Notes: generated by a model from the letters alone, not told the origin. Shown: positions 51,239 to 64,000, numbered from the stretch's first letter. The stretch is DNA of 64,000 bases from Styela clava (GCF_964204865.1 NC_135254.1:10540001-10604000); one strand, 5' to 3'. Numbers and translations are program-made.

Positions 51239-54200
51239 TTAATTGATGTACGGATGTTCTTTTGTTGTGCTATTATTCATTTCTTCGTATTGATGATCTC
51301 CGTCTTTAATTTTCTCATAATTATGCGGGATTTCATAATTTTCTTCTTTCTCTTCTCTTAACTCATAATTTCCGGAGTTCAGTTGTGATGTTTGAATTTC
51401 ATCGAAGTTTTCATGATAACTCGGGACGTCATTAACAACCCTATTCATCTCTGAAAGACTTTGTGGTTGAGTTGCGATTTTTTGAGAATTCCTCCTGTTA
51501 ACAAAAATTAAGTTAGAATTAATTAATAAGTAGGATTTTAAATAAGAAACATTGAATTTGTTTTCGGAATTGCTTCTACCATAGAGGAGTTAGACAAAAC
51601 AATCGACGAAAATGTTAGAGCCCAGTATTGCAGACATTGTCCCAGACATTGAGATTGCGCTTACAGCTGTATAAAGAGACACACCTTACTGATTCAATTA
51701 AGAGTGAATACTCCAAATTTTCGGAAAATATACACATTTTGTTGTAGTATCGAACATTTCTCACCTCATTATTTTGCATCTACAAATCAGCGAACCAATT
51801 CCAAATAGAATGATTGCAAGAATCAATGTGGCTATGGATGAGACAATTGCAACCAATAAATTGTCGTGGCCTGCAATATATTTCAACATATAGTAAAAAG
51901 AATCATAAACGTTAAAAACAATTTTCAGCATTGAAGACAGGTTAAACATGAGAATCAGAAAGTCAGTGAGCATTTTATGGAACCACAAAATAGTAGTTTC
52001 AAAAACTCTTAACTTTGTGCATTTAAGATTAATGTCTCTTATAATTTGTAAGCTATATAATCTTACCACAAGAAGTCATTGTGGTAGTATTGATTGCACC
52101 AGTGGGAAAGAAAATGTTCATCTCCGTAGATTTTGTGTTATTTGCATTGGCAGACAATGTGGAAGTATGTGTCATGTCATTGAGAGTTGTAAATTTATGA
52201 TAAATATTTGTTGTTGTCATTTCAGCAGGCGCCGCGGTGGACGTTGTATTACAGGCAGTGTCTCTTGAACAATTGGTCGTCTGAAGAAAGTAATTGTGTT
52301 TAGCAATTTTTCGATACAATATATGCACGATAATATTTGTATATTCCAACATTTATTTAAATCCGAAGTTTAATGGTTTAATGTTCTTCAAAAAGTTAAA
52401 CAAATTTAAAAATGCTCACAAAAATATTAATTCACACGCTTATGAAAAATAACGAAAGTGAATAATTTAAATATATTCCAACTTTTTAGGAGAATTTGTC
52501 AATAGCCAGGTCGGGCACGCTGAATAAGAACTACTAGATATTTACGTTTACGACTGCGGCTTATACGCTATAAAATAGTAAAAACTATTCAAACAACATA
52601 GAATAATGATCCTTTTTCTTTTGAGCCCTTTAGAAAATTAGAAATTGTCAACTTACTACAAAAAATGGCATTTTTTTTGTTTCTTACCTCAAAATTAGAA
52701 CCAATGCAAATATTGGGCCCCAATCTTCCCGAGTCAATGCATGTTCGATAGCGTTCTTTCATCATTGAGCTGCAGTTGCATGTACTCCATGATGACCACG
52801 TTTCCCAATATCTTTCTGCACATTGTAAAGATAATCTTAATTCAGAATTACCGCGCGCATACTCTTTTCATCGATGTTGTTGATGATGCATATTCAAACT
52901 ATATCATATTTCTATTTTTCTGCTCATTCAAATTGTTGTTTTTTTACAGTCAATCAATAGTTTATTTATCACCAAAATGGACATACACTTGAATTAAACA
53001 AAAACTAGAAAAAAAAAGAGACATCGATGAAATGAAACACGCCATATCGGTGAGTAAAATAATTTACGAATTGTTAACGTATTCTTCTAATACTTGAGAT
53101 AAAGTAAATATGAAGTGATGACGTGACATGTCAAACTGCTATATTTATTCAAAATAGCTTCAATGTAATCAAGGATTTGTTCAAAGGGAATTGTTTTAAA
53201 ACAAGTTTTTTTGCCTGTTTCGATTAGAATGACTGTATTTTTTTACGTAGTAAATAGGTTTAAACATAAATAGGAAAAATTGCCAATTGCTTTTTATTCG
53301 TATACAAATATACAAATATCGATGACTTGCTTATACACGCCTGCTCAAGCTGTAGTGCAATACGTCCGCAAACATGGTCGGCGGAGAAAGACGTAAACGA
53401 TAAGCCATTACGTGAACCTCTGTGTCGACGAGAAGTCCAACATTCTTGCACATTGTCACATCACTCATGAGGCCAGGGGCGAATATACCATTGGGCAAGG
53501 TAGGCTAAAGCCTTGAGGCCTCTAACCTCGTGGGCCTTAACAATCAATTTTGAACTTATATTAATTTAAAATCGTTTTTGATTTGTGAAGGCTTGTTCCA
53601 GGATAATGTCACTTTAAAACTTTAAAACTAGTTATCATATTTGTTATTCAGGTTATTTTTTTCAAATATTTACCGAATAAAAGATTGAAAAGTTAAAATA
53701 TGCCCGAATAAATGAATTTGTAATAATACATAAACTTGAAATCCCTATTATGGCGTTATATCCCATCGATGACAGTGAAACTTGAAGCAAACACTATAAT
53801 ATTCATTTATGCACTAATAATTATTCAAGAGTAGTTAGTTTTGAACGGAATATTTATGATAGAATTCAGCTGCTCGGTTTTGAGCAGTTTTTTTTATCAA
53901 AAACTGAAATTTCTGCTGTCAGTAAATTTATAATATTGTGCGATCGCTGAAATGCCAAGTGCTACTGACATCATACATTATTTTGTTGGTGCAATAAGCA
54001 ACAGCGAATACCTGTTGATGCGATACTTTAAATTATTTAAATTAATGTTTTAAAGTTTATATAAACTATCGAGCAGTAAACATTGGCATGATTAAAATGA
54101 ACTAAATTAAAGTTAATGGCATTAAAATACATAAATAGTTATTTGTATAAAGAAAAAAGGACATAATCTACAAATTAAGTAGACTTATTACAATAAAAGT

Positions 54201-54940
54201 TTGTTACCCATTAATCGTTGACAGACAAATCCAGTCGGTGCATTCGCAGCGCATTTGACGTCATACCACGGTAGATTTGCATAATACGTGTGAAACCACC
54301 CCATAGCAACACAAGGTTCAGGTTTATCAACATGAGGTTCTCCCAAGTACCAGTTATCGTAGGTTAGTTCTGAATTGTCCTTCCATTTGAAGGTATTGCT
54401 CGTGCCAACCTCCTTTAATCCTATATAAAATCCATAGGGTTGTCCTGTAGACAATAAAATGCCTTAGAGAAATGAAAAGTTTTGTCGTGTGTAATATATA
54501 TTTGTTGTATGTAAACATGATTGGTTTGGACTGTTGGACATTATTGTAAACATGTACAAATATATGAACACTGACGATTTAAGAATAAAAACAAAAATTC
54601 GGGGGAAAACGTAAAATGTCCTATATACCTGAAGTAGCTGAGACTTGATTTTGAATAAACGTTTGAATCTCGCTCGTTTTTATCATTGCCATCTCACCAT
54701 CATTGTTTTTACAGAATTTTTCACCATCAACATATGATTTTATATCATCTTTTCCAGATACGTAGTATTGGTAACTTCCTAATGCATTCCACTCACCTCT
54801 ATCTGGTCGCAAAAATAAAGGGTTCAGGAATAAGCACATAATTTGAAAGACGTGAGGATATATAGTATATGCCAACCTGCGCTAACGACGGCAACTATCC
54901 AAGCAATTATTCCAACGAATATCAAAAGATTCTCCTTCAT
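51239..54940 (-). CDS. Receptor 4: SP-CTLD-TSP1-mucin-TM-short Tyr-motif tail (~392 aa), close paralog of receptor 3
   Basis: Exons 54940-54877, 54802-54629, 54444-54208, 52815-52688, 52280-52067, 51870-51765, 51494-51239, all open. Confidence 0.87.
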
Positions 54941-57287
54941 TTCCGCGCTAATATCTAACATTTCTAACTTTCTTAGCCCATAACATTCTAATTTGAATCC
55001 AAAAATTGAAATAAAACAAGGTTGATATATACCAGATAGGGAAAACTAACGAGTAACGACATAAACTTTCCCTGACAATACTAAAACATCAAAAGCTATG
55101 ATTCGATTAGATAACACTACTACATATCTCCAAAGCAAATAATACACAATACATAATACTTTATGCAATACTTAGGAATGAATGATTTGATTGCCAACAA
55201 TAGCATTAAGTATAATTATTCGAAAACCTTCGATAATATTTTTTAGTACACTGCAACTAAGAATCATATTTCAAGCCGCATTACTTTCATTATCAGAAGA
55301 GTAATGCAGATAAGACCCTAATTCGACTTGCCGGGATGAAATCATAAGCAATATGATCTGACAGTTCTTACCTTACAATAACTAAGTCTAATATGAGTAA
55401 TGAAGTTAATAAAGATAACATTTTTATAGAATACAAAATGAAACTTCCTATTACGAGTGGGATGTTTCAATAACCTCCTAGTCACAACAGTTTTGAAATT
55501 ACAGCAAAGAGATGATTAATGAGGAATATGCTTCAGAAGAAAATATCTATTACAAGACTGATTAGCATTGTTATGCGGTATTCTCTAGTCACTTATGTTT
55601 ATCTCAAGATTGGCCTATTTAGTTGAGATTTGAACGCAACAATTGTTTCTTTCCTAAAAATAAATATCTGTATCATATTTTAATATATGAATTGTTTCTA
55701 ATGTTGGACAAGTTATTTAATATGAAATCTTTGATTCTGGTTTCAGCAATCAACTCAAATTATTCGCTTATGTTGAAAATGATATTTCGATCATATTCTG
55801 TTTGTTTTTGTAGTATAAGCAACAATAACTATAATAAAGTAATAAATATTCATTTCACGAATGACACATGAATAACAGACGGAAAGAATGAATGAAATGT
55901 ATTGTTTGCTACATTGATTGGCTCATTGGTTGCGTTTTCCGTTTTGGCTTCTACTGCAGAAGCCATACGATAACCATTACTATGGCCTTCTTACTAAGGA
56001 AATGCATGTCGAGAAAACAACAACGGAGAATATGACTAATCTAAGCAGAACGAAATTGGAAATTATATAAACAACAACTATTAAAGTCATAAATAAATAT
56101 CATGACAACTTTATAAGCAAAGTCTGGTAAAGCGATGAATATTGTGGGCTATACTAGAGTTTTAACCTAATAAATGTTTAGTTATCTCTTGTGACTGACT
56201 GCTGTGCTATCGTAAATGGCAGAAGGATTATTGAACCATTATTAAAAATACATTATTTGATATTTGTAGAAAAACTATTCATTCATAAAATAATAAATCC
56301 ATGAGTTCAAATCAATTGCGTTTTGTGGAACAAAAAAAATAATCAGAAAATTCTAAAATTTGTGTTGAAATAAATGAACGATTGTTGGTAACTGAGATGA
56401 ATTCAGGTTTTAAGTTTCACAAGAAAAAATTTAAATTATAGGTAACAACATGATTTCTCGAATATCATTCTTTCTCCTAAGGGGTGTAATTAGACACTTT
56501 TATTTTCCATTGCAGAAATTAGTCTAACATTACAATGATGACTTGTGCAACAAACACTATTTTCTGAGAGTAGAAGTGTGAGCTACATATTTAGTGACGA
56601 CTTGTGTTTATTTTGTATGTCTATGTGACTCGTCCAATGTTATAGAATTTGAGCCAGTTTTGGGGAAAGTTTAACGAAATTTGATTCAAAATTCAAGATT
56701 ATATATTGTAAACTGTATTTTAGAGATACACTAAAATAACTGTTAACGTTCTGGCATTTGCGAAAATGATTCACTGGAATAATTAGTCATAAAAACGAAC
56801 CTTGGTGATCCCCTCGCATTTAATTGATCATAGTATAGTTAAATCTGTATTCAATTTGCATTTGTTCGTTTATCATTGCATCTTAGCCACCTGTGCTGTA
56901 TATTTGGAAGATATGAGCATTTCGCACTGTGACTAAATATCCTCAATCAAAATTAGTATAGCGATACCAAGCAGTGGTGTGTATGTAAATGGGGCATTGG
57001 CGTATGTATCAAGCGCACGTATTTATTACATATGCCTGAAATTATACATATTTTAAATTTCAATAAAATTTGAATAAATTAATATACTAGTGGCAGAAGT
57101 AACTGAATGTCAAGTATTTATCAATTCTTTGGAACAAGTTTCTTTAAAATGTTTTGGTATTTTTATTATTCATTTTGTTTAACAGAGCGTTTAACGTTTT
57201 TCAGAGCTAATCATTTTTACTGCTGGTTACATCCGCAAAGCATTACAATCTATATTCGAATTTTGTCATCTTATATGATTCAGAAGA
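54941..57287. promoter_or_regulatory. Divergent promoter spacer, unit 4
   Basis: Homologous spacer between head-to-head ATGs, with a small internal deletion near 55605. Confidence 0.55.
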
Positions 57288-60200
57288 ATGAGAATCGAAT
57301 TAATATTTTTGTTGGTTCTTCTTCAATATCCGAGGCATCTGAACGCAGCAGGTATTATTTCATTGTTATGACTTTTTTTTAGAAAATTTACTGAAAATAA
57401 GGTTACTCATACAGGTATAAGGGAGATTGATCTGATCAAAGTTTTTGAGACTATAAGAGATAAAAGGATAGAATTGAGCGTTGGTAAATACCGATCAGCA
57501 CTAAACTTAAAAGCAGTTCATATCAATACAATCAGTAAAAGATGTGTGAAGTATTGAATTCCATATATATACATGGAGTTTTTGGAATGAACTTAGGAAT
57601 TATAGGTACACTGACAGTAAACCGATGAGAGCTCACAGTCAATCGTATTTAACGGCTGCAAACATTTGGTAAGCGGTAACAACGGTTACCAGACAATATG
57701 AAATGGTAAAATTAGTTTAGATAATATAGGATTACATTACGTTGAATATTGTTCCAAATATTAATTTATTTTGCCAGAATGTCGTGAAACGCCCATGGAT
57801 CTTGTATTTATGCTGGATGGATCGGGTTCAATCACAAACGTGAATTGGGAGCTTATGAAGTCATGGGTCAAGTTGGTAGCAGAAAATTATGACTTAGGCG
57901 GATTAACACAGATTGGCGTCGTTCAGTTCTCACACTGGTTTTCAAATGAGAAGTAAGCTATAGAAAGAGATTTTATTTTATTTAATTAGATTTTAAGCCG
58001 CAGTTATAAATATTTTATTTAAATTATTCAAAGCAACTGCTCAATCAGTCAAGATCAAATTGCTTAGGAACAGCTGCCATGACATGTGTGGGACTTAACT
58101 TTGTGGCGAAGAATAATTCTTTCATGAGCGTCAAATGAGATCATTATCATCATCATGATCATCATAGTTCAAATATTGTGTGAACAGTGTTTCATATTGT
58201 ATATTTTGTACTGTTGTATATTTTAGTGCGTTATTGAAAATTAACAAGAAATTAGTTTTGGTCGTTTTACACTTTGTTCCACTTCGCTGCGAGTGTTTTC
58301 ACGACTTTTATCTGCTGGGTACAGTAAGACGAAGATACATTCTTCTAAAATCATTTTTGGTGTTTCTTAGTGTTTTCAAATTAATTGTTATTCAATAAAA
58401 AATATATGATAAAATAATTTTCATTTTTCTTTTCATAGCACACAGCCATATTTAAAAACTGAAATTCAGCTAGGAAAACTGAAGACCAAAGGCCAATTTG
58501 AGGTAAAATATTCATCAAGGGTTGAACAGTCGAGACTGTTACCGTCACGGTAAGATCAGACCACAGTTCTTGCTGGTGAGGTATCGAACATGGCGGAATA
58601 AAAATTATTCCTCTCTAATTAAAATACAATAGTAAACTTTCGAGATAATCATTTGGTTTTATAATTTCTCAAAAAAAAAAATACCATTCGTAACAACAAA
58701 AAAACCAAAACCAAGAATTTAGCATATTTTAGATTCACATGTACAGTAAACGCAGTTGCAAAACAAACCTAGTGAGATAGTGTGGAGTCACGTTCTATGC
58801 AAAAAAAGAACTAAAGTTATATTTGTCGTATTAAACACCTTCAGAATTCAAAATGCAATTAGCTTCAAAATAATAACTGAGTATTCATTCATTAGGCCGC
58901 TGTTGACGAAATATTAATTCATGGATTCACAACTTACACTGCACATGCTATCAACAAAACAGTGAACGAAGATTTCATGAGATCTGATCGTTTCTATGAT
59001 GCTTCAGTAAAGAAAGTCATTATTTTATTTACAGATGGAAGGTAATAATTTTATTTATTTCAATGCCCGAATACACGCAAAATGCATCTTTGAATCGTAT
59101 CGTTAACTGTTGTTCATGTTTTTGTTATTATTGTTAATGTTCACGGTTCATGTAATGGTAGTTAGCAGAGTTCGTTTGATATAACCGTATATTTAGCCCC
59201 TTTGTTTTTCAACTTGGGTTTCTGCGCGATATATATTATTTTTATACCATCAAGATATTAGTTGTTGAAAATCTAAATAAATGTTATTTCAAAGCTGATT
59301 ACTAATTTATTATTTACCAAATTATTCTAATCTTAGACATCCAAAAATTAAGAAGTAGTATAAAACCGTTTTTGTTTTGCTCGATATATTGAAGGTATGC
59401 TCGTGTAACAAGTCTTAAATATGTGTGTAGGTTGTAGATGGTTATAGATAATTTTTTGAATCTTTTGAAGATCTACCGACAGAAATGATTTGCTTTTGTC
59501 AGCAAAATATGCTCGGTCAAATGGGATTACTATATTTGCAGTTGGTGCTGGAGGTTATATAATGGAGGAATTACAGGTAATCTGAAAAGTTGTAACAAAT
59601 TGAAATAAGAGTAATTTTATGTATCAATATATTATAGCTTTTCTATCTTTTGTCTAAGCATTATATTTCTGTGTATTAAAGATTGTTCATCAACAAGACT
59701 GAGAAAGTATAACTAAATTAGTTATCAGGATAAAACTCTTTGACTGAGTTTGATAAGTAACAATGTAGGCTACTGTAGTTGTTTAAATGTTCTTTCTATT
59801 TGGGCATTCGTGAGTGAGACCAGCTTTTTCTCTGTTTCTTATATCTGGGATTGGCAAAACAAATTTCATTCAAATAATATTTTTCTATTAAATAATTAGG
59901 CATGATGATGGAGAAATGACGTATCGCGGGAGCTCGACCTGATATGCGACTGGCGACGTTCCATTTAATCGCTGTAGCCCCAGGGGTGATGACATTTGTG
60001 GCTGCGAGCCATGGCACACTTGATTTGGATTTGTTCGCAATTACTGGATGGTGTGCGATATAGTAACTGAGAAAACACGCAAACCTATTAGCCATACTCG
60101 CATATTAATTTCATTCTGACAAAATGTCTATAACTCTGGCGATAAATTTGTATTCAATGATTAGATAAGTTAGGACGCCATGATCCAGGAGAATTTTGAA

Positions 60201-62670
60201 ATATTGAATAACCATCATTGTATGATACACCGATAAAGTCAACTAATACGCATTATGCACATGCACGTGATTTGCATATAAATCAACCCGGTAGACACCC
60301 AGGATCTTCGCTGATACATGAGGACCCGTTCTCCAGCAAAACGTTAAGCCATGCATGCAAAATTGCAGATCAATAACGGCAGTATATTGCGGAGCTGCCA
60401 GTTTATTTGGACGCTGCGCGGCTCTTCAGCATCTCAGCTTGTGCGATTGTCTGTGGCTAATTGTCAAAACATGTTCACTTGAATTCCTAACTTCCAAAGT
60501 TTCCTCAGTTGTGGAATATCGAAAATAGTTTACGAGAAAATCTCCTGGAGCAACATCCAACAAATCGATACATCCATACGTTTGATATCAGAGCATTATG
60601 TTTCCTTATTGCAAACCATAATACACTGCATTTGATGAATGATCTCGTTTGCAATGAATTTTCCTTTAGGAATATTTGATATTTTGATTCGAGCCTTTTG
60701 CCACCATTCACGTTTTGCCTGTGCTTGAACATATTTGAATAAACAGCGCTAGGATTGAGGGCATGGACGTGCCAAACTTTGCTGCTGTCCAGTATGAGGT
60801 TATGACAATGATGCCCCCACACTTTAAAAATAATTCGGGGGATAAACAAATTAAAGCTGTTGCTATACATGAGAATGAATAAATTAAAGGTCACGTATGA
60901 GGAGAATGTTTGTAAATATGTGATAAAACACGCAATGAACAGACGAGCACATTGGCGGACAAGTGCGGTCAGCCACCACTATTATCACAATCAGTCACAC
61001 AAGACTACACACGTCATCTCAGCTTTCACTTGAATAAAACACATAGAGAAAAAATGTGTGATATCGCGAACTCTACAGCTTGGATCTGCTGCCTCTTCCC
61101 CGCTGGCCCCCCCAGAGTGAGGATAAAATTAAATATTAAGTTGAATTAAATGTTTCAAGCATGGTCTCTACTAGCACAATAAATCGCTTCTCAAATATCT
61201 CAAAACCTGTCAGTTAGAAACAGATTTGAGCTATATTCATCTATAGATCATAGTTGAATTATACCCGAGGAAATTTGAACTCGACCTCGACAAAAACAAC
61301 TATGTGCTGGCATGTAATAAGACTCCGGCATCCCTTTTAATTTAGCATTCACTGGTATGATTGTCTCCATTACGTTTTTAATATTCATAGTTGTAGCAAA
61401 TTTTATTTATGTCTTTGTATTCACTTTTACCGACATAGTTGAATTGGGATCATATGAGGAAGAATCGTAACAAAAATATTTTTTCAGTAATGAACAAGAC
61501 CTAACCTTGTATAGCTTCGCTACATCGGATGTTTAAACCGAAACAAATAAAAAGTTTACCACGATAATTTGTGATTGAAAAAGCAGATTAGGACAATCGT
61601 AAAATGCCCACAAGTAAAACTCCACTGACGAATAAATTTCATATACTTTGTCAGTAACTTTTATTTACAGTTTATTGCAAATGGCCAGATCAATAACAAT
61701 GAACGGGTGATTACAGTTTCAAATTTTACTAGGCTGAATACTACGGTAAATATTTTAAAGCAAGGTATATGTGCTATCCAAGGTAATGTTGATATTAATA
61801 GTCAGTTTTTATTGAGGCCGTTACGACATGTTAGAAGCATATAATTTCGAACTACGTTTTCAAAAAATTCTTTGCGCCCGAATCTGATATTGAGCCAAGA
61901 CACTATAATAATTAAATGTTCCACATCTCGACGTCATAAGCCGAAAAGAAATTCGATTTTTTTTGTTTGTTAAAATCAGTGGATTATAAGATGGGATGCT
62001 TTTTGCAGGCTACCACAACTCGTTTTTGAAAAGCATTTCGTTCAATGCGCAGAGCTAATAATAACTCATTCTCTAAAGATTTTATAGCATATAATATAGA
62101 AATTCACATTCACCACAAGGTATAACAGCTAAAATGTACAAATTAAAGAGGGAATTATATAGGATTCAAAAAAAAATATTTATATTTGTTTATAGTTCCT
62201 TTCATAGTGTCTCGCTACACTTGCTCAACTTCATCGTTAGAAGTTCAATGGAAAACAACTACATTTAAGTCGATGTTCTCATACAGACTTCAAATTCAGG
62301 TTACCTTTATAAATAGAATGAAAGTCATTTCATTGATTTGAACACTTTAACATCGCGTTAGAACGTTCAATTTTATGCTAAATATCACCTTTTGTATTTA
62401 AATTATAAGGATCTCAAGACCAAAGAAATCAAGGAAACAAGCGTTCAAATACTCATGAAAAAAGAACCAACAATAAAAATTCACGGAGAAAAGACATCTT
62501 CGGAGTTTGCTTGTGTCACTACGACAAATTTGTATATTTCAAGCAACTACGAAATCGTTGTTGAGCAAATATCGGCAAAAACAAACAATCAAATAAAAAC
62601 CAAATCCAAAGTTCTTCACAATGCAAATGGGAAGACTATTATGCGGTTAACGTTTTTTGACTTTGTCTAA
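57288..62670 (+). CDS. Secreted VWA + FN3-like protein, copy 4 (343 aa)
   Basis: Exons 57288-57351, 57778-57952, 58439-58502, 58896-59041, 59471-59576, 61671-61782, 62196-62299, 62410-62670, all open. Confidence 0.88.
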
Positions 62671-63668
62671 GTTATATTCCGGATATCAGACATTTTCAAA
62701 AGAAGATATTTTTCACACATACCAACTTAAATCACATGTAAATCTATATATGTGTGCGTGTTTTTTCATTCAGTGTATCGGTGGAAACCAAAATTAAACA
62801 TATTAGGACAATCCATCTATTATATGCTGATAGCCACCACCACATTCAGAGTGTAATAAACTGGGTTAGGAATGCGGAACCGGGAATAATCTGGTCAACC
62901 AAGCTCTGTTCTTTATGTCTTGAATACTTCCTTATGTAATTGACTACTTCCATGGTTTCTTTTTTGAGGTGAAATTGTGGATAACACTTCATAAAAATAA
63001 TGCCAACTGATTACAGCTCCAAACTTGATTGGAATTCTGATTCGAATTGATAATACATTCAATTATTCAGGCTGTACTTGGGCATTTGACAATGGCAAGA
63101 AAAGCCAACACTGCTTGAAAACACAATCAAACTCAGTTCAGGTAAATTAAACTGAATGTTCTCTTTGCCATTCAGATTCCAAATTCAGATTTCAGATTCT
63201 GTAAAATAGATTATCACCATGTAATGTAAATAGATTGAAATCATGTATTTAAATTTATATGAAAAATATGTAGATTTTTTAATATTTTTCGAAATTGTTT
63301 TCGAGATCAGTTTGCTTTGATACATTTTAATTGTATATTTACTATGAACACATTTAAAACTTATATTAGTAAATTTAAAAAAAAAAACGAATGTAAGAAA
63401 GTTTTAATTTTATTTGGTTATTGTATTACAGTCTTGGAGAAACTGTCATTGCCATTATTTTAATGTTTAGTACAAAACTATATTATTTAGTTCATATACT
63501 CTGTCGAATAACTTATCCTCGAACGTAAGTCAGCTAACTAAAGCAAATCATTCGAGCATGTACGTTTTTACGTCACAACTCACAAATGCCGCCATCGGTA
63601 TCACATCATGAGAAAGCGTTTACCAAGATTTTATTTGCGCTTCTTGTTTTCTTTTGAGATATCTAGGT

Positions 63669-64000
63669 CAGTGGTTTCCAAACTTTTCAGAGTTGGGACC
63701 CACTAATTATTACCACAGCTTTTGGCGGCCCAATTAACTTTAATTAAAAAAAATTTTATGACATAACACAGAACACAGCAATGGCTAATCATTGTAAAAC
63801 TACCGGGTTTCCTCGAAAATAAGACCAGGCCTGAAAATAAGATAATAATTTGAATTTTCAAATGATTTTAATTAAACCTTACCCTTAAAATAAATTTAAA
63901 ATGTATGGAAGAGGAAAGGTTCATTGGCCTGAGGTAAGGTGAAGATCACACCACTATTCAAGATTGTGTGATATCACAATTATGATATTTGTCACTTGAT
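63669..64000. mobile_element. Left end of an hAT-type element, possibly with a nested second DNA-transposon fragment (~63801); right end not located
   Basis: Homology to the unit-1 flank (atctaggtcatattt at ~20096) breaks at cagtggtttccaaact, an hAT-like TIR, right after atctaggt. The sequence ccgggtttcctcgaaaataagacc resembles Tigger-like termini. Confidence 0.55.

Noticed and set aside
1-64000. Prokaryotic features (CRISPR, operons), rRNA or tRNA genes
   Set aside because: Spliced eukaryotic gene structure throughout; no repeat-spacer arrays or RNA-gene signatures seen.

Overview
AT-rich eukaryotic (metazoan) genomic DNA with short GT-AG introns. An invertebrate such as an ascidian is plausible, but the sequence alone does not prove it. 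The window is a tandem array of a two-gene, head-to-head cassette with a period of about 13-17 kb. Minus strand: a type-I transmembrane receptor built as signal peptide - C-type lectin domain (CTLD) - TSP1 repeat - Ser/Thr mucin stalk - TM - tyrosine-motif tail. Plus strand, with its ATG about 2.4 kb away: a secreted 343-aa protein built as signal peptide - VWA (intact MIDAS) - FN3-like domain. I assembled four intact pairs by hand from phase-compatible exons, and found relics of a dead VWA gene and a dead receptor at 1-4.4 kb. The receptors look like a paired-receptor family: copy 1 has a long ITIM-rich tail, whereas copies 2-4 have a short tail with YEEI/YEKI-x6-YEEM and YxN motifs (ITAM-like). 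The lectin loops diverge and the ectodomains are shuffled or chimeric, while the VWA partner stays nearly invariant. Several hAT-type and other MITEs are inserted. All gene models are manual splice predictions with no transcript support, and the functional roles are inferences.
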